From positions 125,947,948 through 126,011,947 of the forward strand of contig NC_068981.1 of NCBI RefSeq assembly GCF_001194135.2: DNA of 64,000 nt. Reading direction: 5' to 3'. The DNA is from Octopus bimaculoides (lineage: Eukaryota). A program made the translations under genes and the position numbers. The notes beneath the pieces were generated by a model. It ran no database searches, was not told the origin of the DNA, and saw only the letters and a program-made list of their open reading frames with translations. Below are positions 54,309-64,000 of the stretch, in pieces. Numbering within the stretch: the stretch's first letter is position 1; each line of letters begins with the position of its first letter.

Positions 54309-57300
54309 NNNNNNNNNNNNNNNNNNNNNNNNNNNNNNNNNNNNNNNNNNNNNNNNNNNNNNNNNNNNNNNNNNNNNNNNNNNNNNNNNNNNNNNNNNNN
54401 NNNNNNNNNNNNNNNNNNNNNNNNNNNNNNNNNNNNNNNNNNNNNNNNNNNNNNNNNNNNNNNNNNNNNNNNNNNNNNNNNNNNNNNNNNNNNNNNNNNN
54501 NNNNNNNNNNNNNNNNNNNNNNNNNNNNNNNNNNNNNNNNNNNNNNNNNNNNNNNNNNNNNNNNNNNNNNNNNNNNNNNNNNNNNNNNNNNNNNNNNNNN
54601 NNNNNNNNNNNNNNNNNNNNNNNNNNNNNNNNNNNNNNNNNNNNNNNNNNNNNNNNNNNNNNNNNNNNNNNNNNNNNNNNNNNNNNNNNNNNNNNNNNNN
54701 NNNNNNNNNNNNNNNNNNNNNNNNNNNNNNNNNNNNNNNNNNNNNNNNNNNNNNNNNNNNNNNNNNNNNNNNNNNNNNNNNNNNNNNNNNNNNNNNNNNN
54801 NNNNNNNNNNNNNNNNNTATATATATATATATATATGACCTACAAAGTTAAAAAAACCCAGATGACCTAGACTTATTTTTTACCTATATTCTTTTCAAAT
54901 CAAATATATTGTGTATTAAGTTATAATTGAATTTTTTATGATGAATAAGTATGCACAACAAATTCTTCAACCACTTACAACCACATACAAAACATCTTAT
55001 AAAGACTTCTCCCATTGAAAGGTTTAAAAAATATGATACCCTTTGTTAAACAAAATTCACATTGTACTTTAATAACATAAGTTTTCCACAAAAAATAAAT
55101 ATGTCTGTAAATTTCAATAGCTGGGGCTGGTATTTCATTGATGTGTACTCTTTCTTACATCAAACCCTCATCTTTTTATTTAAGTTCTAATTGTGAAGTC
55201 AGAAAAGCAATATCAAATCCATGTAATGACAAAAATGGATTCTAAAATTGCTAACTTACCTAAATGATTTTTAAATTGAACTCATATCATGAGAAATGTG
55301 AGCAGACAGGATAAACTGATCAAAATATTGGGAGGGAGGAGTGGACAATAAACAAAATTCAAATCCATCACTCTACACAGCTATGATAAATGAAAAGAAA
55401 CAGCTGTTGCAGATGATTATAGAATCTATAATAATATAAACAATTTGTTTAAGGTCTTAATTATTATGTCATTTATTTCAAATAAATATTATACTGATAT
55501 CATTTAAAATTCTTTCAGATGTTGAACTTCTAATAGAATTTCTCTTCCTGATTTAGCATTAAATTATTAAGCACATAAAATGTAATTTGTAAAATGTATG
55601 CCATGAAAAGTTTAGTTTTAACGTTTCTGGCAGGGATCCTCTTCAAAGCAATGAGAAGTATGAAAATGCTTAAAAGTTTAAAATTTGTTTATCGATCTAA
55701 GATATTCAATTTATATCTTCCTATGCTTATTTAATGATAAACCTTTATGGAGTTAAAAAATACTCTGAAAAAATGCTTTAAAAGAAATGTGCTAATTTAC
55801 TGGTGAGCTCTCATCATGTATTATCCTTATTTAGTTACCTTACAGTATTTATGACAAAATTATAGAACTTTATTGTTCAAAATATGTTGATATTCTTCTA
55901 TACTATAATTGAAAATGTTGGATAGTTTCTTTTTAAAACTGTTGTTATAATTTAAACATTTTAGTTTAACATATATAGTTTTACTTTTATTGCCTTTTTG
56001 CTTCTTTATATTATTAATTCTGTAAAATAATTCAATATAATTAATATTGTATTATATTGCAAAGTTATTTTATATTTTAGTTTTGTTGATATGCATTAAT
56101 TAGAATGTATGTAGAAAGGGTAAATATCAATTTATATGAATTCCTTTTGAATTAGTTTATGGAAAAACATCTAAGAATTTTCCATATCCTCACTAGCTAG
56201 CAAAATACATAGCATGAAGATATGGAACTTTGGCAAAGTTTAAAACAACGGTTTGTGAAAATTTAATTACCCCTATTACTATTTTAGTTAATTAATGAGA
56301 AAGAGAGAGAGAAGTATGGAAAATGAAAGAAACATGCAAAAGACATGTAGATAATCTTGCTACTTTTAAGTTGCTGTTTTTATTTAGTTGCACTTCATTA
56401 TCTTAATCACACAACATTTCTGTAGAACACTAGAATTGGAAAGCATTTTCAGAACCACTGCACTAAAATAGCTTATTTTATTTATTAAGTGAAACTTTAC
56501 TTCATAATAAGGATTTATTTCACTCAATAAATAAGAGTATTTTTTAATGAAGAGAAAGACATGTTGTTAATTGACTTGACATAGTGTATTACTGGTATTT
56601 GTTTTATTGGTCTCATAGGAAAGAAATTCAAAAGTTGAATGTCCCTAATTTTAACTCACATATGTGATGCACTTAACAAGATGCCACAAACATAAAAAAG
56701 GTAGTCTAACATCTTTAAAAAATCCATAATTTCATAGTAACATGTATCATAATTTCTTTTACATACAAACACATTATGATATCAAATATTTAATTTTAAA
56801 ATACCAGGGCTCTACTTAATTAACTGTTCACAGTTAACCCCCATTATATCATTAACGTCTTTAGAGAGAAAAGGCTCAGCTAAATTTACTATAAAATCAC
56901 AAGTTCTATTTACTTATAAGAATCTTTCTCAGATTGTATTCCCTATTTTCCAAACATCACATCAGTTTGTTTTTATGAATAATAAATTACAGTTTGGCAT
57001 CTCTTGTTTCTGTTGGGTCCTCAAATTTAGTAACATAAGTTGAGAACCTAGAATTAGCATTAATGATGTTTCAATGTTAAAAAGTAAATTTCTTCAATTT
57101 TCTTTCCTTCCACTATCTTTGTATTTCTAGATTTTAGTAAATTTTTGATTAAGAGCATCAATCAAAACATCATTTTTTTCTGTTATTTACTTAATTCAAC
57201 TTGTGAAATATTCTGCACACCCCCACAAAAAATTATATAATTTTAAAACAAACTTTTAAGTTCATTTCTTTTTTGTAGCTACATTTTAAAAAAAGAATTA

Positions 57301-59344
57301 GAATTGAAAAGAAAAATTTCTGAAAACATTATTTACAAAAAAAAAATCATTAAATTGTAAATTTAAATTTCTTTGAATTTTTTTCCCTTACACATTGGTG
57401 TCTTAGGTAATGAATCCGATGAAATAAACTCCCATTACTGCTTAGAACAAACTACTGCTGCATGATATTGCTACATACCTCTAAATCTTCTCAATTTTCT
57501 AATAACTACTTTTAAAATGACAGGCAAAGTTTTGCAGTAGTATCAACTTAGTACTCTAAAAGGAGGTCATTTGAAAGGTTAGTGAAAAATAAGCACTGTA
57601 TGCACATATTTGAAATTAAAATCAGTTTCATTACCAAAAAAGATTTTTTTCTTTTTTGTAAGGGTTGATGTTTAATCAAAACTAAAATTATAGATAGATA
57701 TTTATTTAAACTTTTTAATTTTCATTTATTTATTTTGCTTGTTTTTTTTTTTATTACATTTTAAAATTATTTATTTCTGGTTCATACATGACTTTTGCTC
57801 ATTGTATATTTTTTCCTTTTCAACAAATATCATGGTTTATAAGTCCATCAAATATATAAGGAAATATAACTTTTGAAAGTTAACCAGAAGTTTCTTGATA
57901 TTACCTAACTTTAAAAACCTTAAATGATGAATGCAATTCAAATTATATGAATTACTATGACTATATATATATAAAGAAAATAACTCAAAATCTGTATTAT
58001 GTACTACAAAACAAATTTTCAAATTGTCTCTTTGTAATAGTTACTTTGGTCTTTTAGCTTTGGTTGGTTTATTTAGATTGCTGTCTTCAAAACCATTGAA
58101 AGAAAGAAATTACTAAGAAATAAGAAAAAGATTTCCATGGGAGCTGAACTGTGATATTTATTACAGAAATAAGATGTTTTCAAAAATACAAATAAATATT
58201 TTCCTCTCAGAAAAGTTTTCAATATAATTATTTCCATCAATGGGAGAAATAATTTACACAATGTAACATCTTGAATGCTGATTTCTTTTCATTTTATTTA
58301 TGTCAAATAATATTTTTTCAGGAATTTCTCAGCTTTCATTGTTGTTTTCTTAATTTTGAGTGTGAACTATTTTCTTTTCTTTATTTTTATATGTAGATGT
58401 TTGAATGTTTTTAATAAAATCTAAATTTTTTAAAAAAATGATGCAATTTCAAAGAAGCTGCTTCATTTCTCAGTCATACTTTCAATAAATACATCACAAA
58501 TTTGAAATTTTTAAAATATTTCAAATTCATTCCTAGAAATTTGATTAAATCGGAAGTAATTCTATCATTGTTTGTGTCTTTTTTTTTATAGAAAGCACAT
58601 CCACTCAACATTTCACTCTACCACAACAACTATGGATTTTTGGTTCGGTTTTTTTTTCCATTTGTATTTGAATATATTCCTTCTGACACCTAAATGTTTT
58701 AAGTTGACACCATGGACTTAACCTGTCAACTCCACAACATTAAAATCAAACTCAATAGTGAAGTAATGATTCAGTTAATACTGCTAATGTTGCTTCATTT
58801 AGAATCAGAGCACATATCATTAAAATAGTTCTCTAATGGCTATCATTCTTGATCTCAACCAACTTATTGCAATGGTTTCATGTTATAATTCCATTAAGCA
58901 GGGCACCTATTTTCATAAATGCTTTACAACATCCCATCTTCATTTTGAATATTCATTATTCATTCCTTACCTTGCACTGCTTTCATTATAATCAAAGAAA
59001 TAAAAGGGGGAAGGTTGTCTCTTTTTATACCATGCAATAAGAATGTAAGACAATTGTTAGAGTAACTACTGTGTATAGAGTCCATTTGCTATAGAATTTA
59101 AAAGCCATTCTTTATGGATGTAAACATAAACCATAAGAATGTTGAAAATTTATGTGAAATATTGCAAACTGTGACATGTTCAATCAGTAGTTAAACATTT
59201 GGTATAAATAAAATATTGCAGTTGAAATACTTACTGAGCTGTATACTAGTCATACAAAGGATTACATTAATTGCAATTAATTGACTAAAGTTTGCTACAG
59301 CAAAGAAAGTAAAATTTGTTATTGATAAATAACTGTTAAATGGT

Positions 59345-59460
59345 GATAGAGGAGCAGAAACAGCAGAATGCTGGAATAAACATTTTCTGGTATTTATGTT
59401 ACATCTCTTCACATTCTGAGTTCAAATCCAATCAAGGTCAATTTTTACACTTTGTGGCCT
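59345..59460 (+). mobile_element. SINE family A, 5' part
   Basis: gcagaaacagcagaatgctg...cattctgagttcaaatcc...aaggtcaatttt. Confidence 0.55.
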
Positions 59461-59694
59461 TGAGGCGGAATTAGAAATTAATAACTGACCATTAAACAGT
59501 CATTTAACAGTTGTATTTATTTATGACTGTTAGACAGGGAGTTACTTTTTGTTTATGTTTTCTTCTCATGTCTTAACTATTAGTTCATTTACTAATTTTA
59601 TTTTTTAATAAAAGTTCTTCCATGGACATTTTTACCTCAAATGTGTGTACTGTGTGTATATATGATTACTTGAATTGGAGTATATATACATACA

Positions 59695-59775
<81 letters not shown>

Positions 59776-61243
59776 NNNNNNNNNNTGCAATCATCAAATT
59801 TCAAATTTGATGATTGCACTATGTATGAAATGCTAATTTAACTTTATGAGCATTACAAAATATTTTTTTAATGTTAAAATACCATTTAAAAAAATGTGGA
59901 AACCAGACTGTTTTAACTTTATTCAATTGATATATTATTCTATACATGTTCACACAAATTCGAAACAAAATATACATATATATATATATATATGTATGTA
60001 TGTATGTTTGTATGTTGTATGTATATGTATGTATGTACCTATATACTTTCAAATATAGATGTGCATTTGCATCATCACTGTTTCTGTAGCTCAATTTTCA
60101 TGGGTGTGGTGTGGTATGGTATGTGTGTGTGTGAGTGTGTACTTCTCGTAACATGTAAAAATTCTGACTTGTATATATGTTACACAGAAATGAAATCAAG
60201 GAATTTTTATATTCTCAAAACTCAGTTTTTTCATCGACAAATAAATGCTGTTTAGAATGCCTTAGTAACAGTCTGTAAATACTTATAATTCCTGCTTATT
60301 CCTTTAGAAACAATTTTGTATTGAAATTTCAAAAACAAGTACACTTGCAGTAAAAAAAATACTTGCTCTAAGAGGTATTTTTTTTAAAGATATAACACTT
60401 AAAAAAAGAAAGGAATTTACAAATTAACTGACAGATATTCTTTTCCTTTGAAAACATGTTTGTGTATAAATTTTAGATTTTTAAATATCTGTTTCTGTAA
60501 ATGATATTTTTTTCCTATTCACAGCGAATATATTAAAATGTAATTCTCAATCTTTCTACAGATGTAACACATTAAATTTTGAATGAATTTCATTGGTTAA
60601 AGTTTGCATTGATTTGCTTTTTTTTTTCTTTTTCTTTTTTTTTTGTATTTCAATCTTAAGGATTAGCCTCCATTTCTTATATTCTCTTTTGCTTTCATTT
60701 GTTGTATAAACTGTTTGTAGTTTGCTGATGCTTTAGCATATTTCTGGGTATTGCTTACTTAACTACATCTTAATGTTTAGCTAAATGAAACTAAACTTGC
60801 TGTGTTTAACCTTATAAAAGATTATATCACTACTGTTTTAATGCATGGGCAGACTGAGCAGTTGTTGGGGTGAGGTGCATAGGTTAAGTGCTCAATTCTA
60901 ATCTATGTATGCTGTGGCTTGCTGTCAATAAATAAATACTGCAGGACCCAGGGCAATGATTTGCCCTTGGGTCTGTAATGTTGCTAAGATGGCTCTGGAT
61001 TACATATCACATAATTTAGTATGTTAAATTTTGCTGTGCTCCAATAATCAACCTGATTAATTGTTTGCAACATCTAGTACACTACCTAATAATTGTAAGT
61101 CAAAATCCTGCCAAAGTCGACTTTGGACTTCATCTCACCAGAATTGATTAAATAATTACCAGTAACGGTCTGAAGTTAATTAACTATATTGCTTCCTTTG
61201 AAAAAGATGGCATACAGTCTGATGAAAAGAAATTAATATTTAA

Positions 61244-61445
61244 TCCTTTTGATACCAATGCATCTGAAACTGCACCTGGTTCCATAATACAAATTTCCTG
61301 TTTTGAAACGATATTAATTAAGACCTTCTGTCAAAATTTCATTTTGCTTAATAATGACAGTGATATTTTACTAAATTCTTCATTATTGTCAAAATAGATT
61401 GAACCAAAGGTAGTGTATTTCAATAGAAATATGATAACTAAAGGG
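61244..61445. mobile_element. piggyBac-type MITE
   Basis: TTAA on both sides (61240-61243 and 61446-61449) with TCCTTT...AAAGGG termini, about 200 bp, non-coding. Confidence 0.6.
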
Positions 61446-62355
61446 TTAAATTATACATCAGACACTTGAGTAGGGAAATAGATTTGTGAATTACTTTCTT
61501 ACAACTTCAAATATACCCCAAGCACATTTGAACTGGTGATAACCTTGTACTTACACAGTATGTCTTTCATAACTATACCACTGAATGGGATAAAGAAAAC
61601 TTCTGCTCAGTAGACCCTATATATAATCCAACATTTAAAATAAAAAAAATCACACATGAAAAAATTCAAATGGCAATTATCTTTAGTGATGTGCTAAAAC
61701 AATAAATAAAAATGAAGTCTTTAGTGTGCATATATTTATAATTTACTCACCATTTAGGAAAATCAATCACTACTTTGCTAACATCGTTGCTAAACAATGA
61801 CTACTTTGCTAACATTATAACAGTTGTAAATAATTCAATAGATACTTGGCTACAAATATGCAATGGAAAAACATAATTTTTACATCTTATCAAAAGACTT
61901 CAAAGTAAATGAAACATATTTTTAAAATAAAATGCCAATAAAAATTGAATATATGATCTAGGAAATATATGGTAACTCATTCTCAACTTATTTTTAATAA
62001 TATAATCTAGTCACAAATAAAATAAACCATGATTTCAGTAATAAATATTATCAAAGTTGTTATTTATTGTATTTTAAGCAAATGTGTAATTGAACATTTC
62101 TGTGATATACAAATATAGGCATACTTGCATTCAGACACTTTCAGCTGTATTTTACACCATACATGTAGGCATGTGCATGTGTGTATGGTTATTTCTTTGT
62201 TTCTGATATTTGTGTTGGGGTACTGAAAGACATTAAACATTAAGCATACATAAATTATTTTGAACAACATATATAATAAAAGTAATAAATATCTAAGTCT
62301 AAATTGAGGTAAAGATATGTGTTGTAAGCGTTCATATATATATGTGTGTAACAGG

Positions 62356-62387
<32 letters not shown>

Positions 62388-62744
62388 NNNNNNNNNNNNN
62401 NNNNNNNNNNNNNNNNNNNNNNNNNNNNNNNNNNNNNNNNNNNNNNNNNNNNNNNNNNNNNNNNNNNNNNNNNNNNNNNNNNNNNNNNNNNNNNNNNNNN
62501 NNNNNNNNNNNNNNNNNNNNNNNNNNNNNNNNNNNNNNNNNNNNNNNNNNNNNNNNNNNNNNNNNNNNNNNNNNNNNNNNNNNNNNNNNNNNNNNNNNNN
62601 NNNNNNNNNNNNNNNNNNNNNNNNNNNNNNNNNNNNNNNNNNNNNNNNNNNNNNNNNNNNNNNNNNNNNNNNNNNNNNNNNNNNNNNNNNNNNNNNNNNN
62701 NNNNNNNNNNNNNNNNNNNNNNNNNNNNNNNNNNNNNNNNNNNN

Positions 62745-62972
62745 ACCGAATAATTGTCACATTTTTACAGTTATATATATATTGATATTATTGTTTAACA
62801 ATATGTTTCGACCAGCTAAGCCATCATCGGACTGCTTAGCCAGCCAAAACTTCCAAGTTACTCTCATTATTACTCTTTTAAAGAATAATAAATTTCTACT
62901 CTATAAAAGTATGGGTAACACTTTATATTAATGTAAAATTGTTTCTATTATCACTAAAGATAAAAACAAACA

Positions 62973-62985
<13 letters not shown>
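62745..62985 (-). mobile_element. (TA)n-associated element with a degenerate hammerhead-like motif (Penelope-like)
   Basis: Minus strand reads CCGATGA-TGGCTTAGCTGGTC-GAAACATATTGTT at 62797-62830. The left end runs into an N gap. Confidence 0.4.
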
Positions 62986-63015
<30 letters not shown>

Positions 63016-63506
63016 TTAAATATCACATGTACAATATACACATACATTTATGTATGATTTATATATATATATCTAGAAAGATAGATAGATAGATAGATAT
63101 TATATACTTATATACGATTCATGCTTATGTGTGTGTGTGTTTGTGTGCATATATGATCTATATATATCATAATCATCATCAGTTAATGTTCACTTTTCTA
63201 CATACATGTATATATGTGTGTGTGTCTATGTGTAAGTGTGTGTGTTACTGTCTTCTTGTGTAGACGTCACATGATAGTTGTAAATAAGTGTCACAGTCAT
63301 GTCCTTCATTTCCAATATTCTGTAAAAAGATGCTTGGCTATGGGCAAATATTACCTTACTTGGAAACAGGTCAGGGTTGGCAACAGAAGGGCATATCACC
63401 ATAGTAAATCTGCTTCAACAAATTCCTCCATCCTACCAATGAATGCATGGAAAAGTGGATGGTAAAATGATGATGATGAAATAAATATATATATAATATA
63501 TATATA

Positions 63507-63993
63507 GGAGGAATTTCAACCATGTTTCGTGGTCTGTTACCACAACAGCTCCTTTATAGGATCCAGTTAGCTCAAGACATCATCAGGAAGAACCACGTCC
63601 GGTTTCGGCCCCTACTCCTCTACCGTTTTGACGTGGCGGGGCCCCTCCTTTCGGAGGTGTCTTCAGCTCTGGTGTTGGGTGCATGTCTTCTTTTTTCTAT
63701 TCTCTGGCCTCTTCGATGCAGCATCGACGAGTTTCAGCATCTGACTGATCGTCATGTCAAGTTCCCCTTTTTATATCTGCTGCTAGGCTCCAGCAGGCAG
63801 CCCCAGCTAGTTGTCATGTGACACTGTCTAAACTTCCCGCTGCTAGGCTCCAGCAAGTAGCCCCAGCAAGTTGTCACATGACACTGTCTGAACTTTAACT
63901 GACAATGGAGGGCGCGAAGCCACTTCAGTGTCAGCCTGTCTCACCTAGACATGTTATGACTTTCAAGCTATATTCGGTCTTCCCGCTTCAGCC
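63507..63993 (-). mobile_element. Young GC-rich 487-bp (TA)n-flanked LTR/pLTR-like element with two hammerhead-like motifs
   Basis: Sharp rise in GC and retained CpGs, with TA runs on both sides. Minus strand has TATAAAAA (63768-63775) followed by CTGAAGA...GAAAC and CTGATGA...GAAAC. The right flank is cut by the window end. Confidence 0.65.
63768..63898 (-). promoter_or_regulatory. Putative Pol II promoter: TATA box plus a 60-bp tandem duplication carrying E-boxes
   Basis: Repeat units 63779-63838 and 63839-63898 contain GTCATGTGAC and GTCACATGAC, upstream of TATAAAAA on the minus strand. Confidence 0.45.
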
Positions 63994-64000
63994 ATATATA

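Noticed and set aside
57406-57470. Acceptor-like gtcttag followed by GNESDEINSHYCLEQTTAA*
   Set aside because: Too short, and there is no compatible donor in the 52561 exon.
11269-62931. Long ORFs in the track made of YIYI/HTHT/VCVC/LSLS/X runs (for example 23322-24117, 54236-54870, 62317-62931, 8797-9387)
   Set aside because: Artefacts of dinucleotide microsatellites, low-complexity tracts and N gaps; they have no protein motifs.
63522-63821. 99-aa + strand ORF in the GC-rich terminal element
   Set aside because: Explained by the high GC of the element; no domain recognised, and the structural signals are on the opposite strand.

Overview
AT-rich animal genomic DNA, dense in microsatellites, with short N gaps that mostly sit at (TA)n/(CA)n/(CT)n runs. 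The SINE, LINE and DNA-transposon families look like those of Octopus; this is inferred from recalled repeat sequences, with no database search. The + strand carries the 3' part of a Slo2/KCNT (Na+-activated K+ channel) gene. Three exons are well supported (13760-13892, 15869-15953, 17201-17435) and their splice phases join correctly. A probable terminal exon lies about 35 kb downstream (52561-52719) and ends in a class I PDZ-type motif (GTVV*). Two cassette-exon candidates lie in between. No upstream KCNT exon was found in 1-13759. The rest is intronic or flanking and TE-rich: three Tc1/mariner elements, a full-length Buster-type hAT with an 8-bp TSD inside a SINE, a fossil Ty3/Gypsy gag-pol, RTE LINE remnants, a piggyBac-type MITE and many tRNA-derived SINEs. 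The most unusual signal is a set of (TA)n-flanked elements with hammerhead-ribozyme-like cores that all have a GUU cleavage triplet. These include a young 487-bp GC-rich element at the window end with a TATA box, duplicated E-boxes and two overlapping hammerhead-like motifs with branched stem II. All protein and family assignments are from memory of family motifs.
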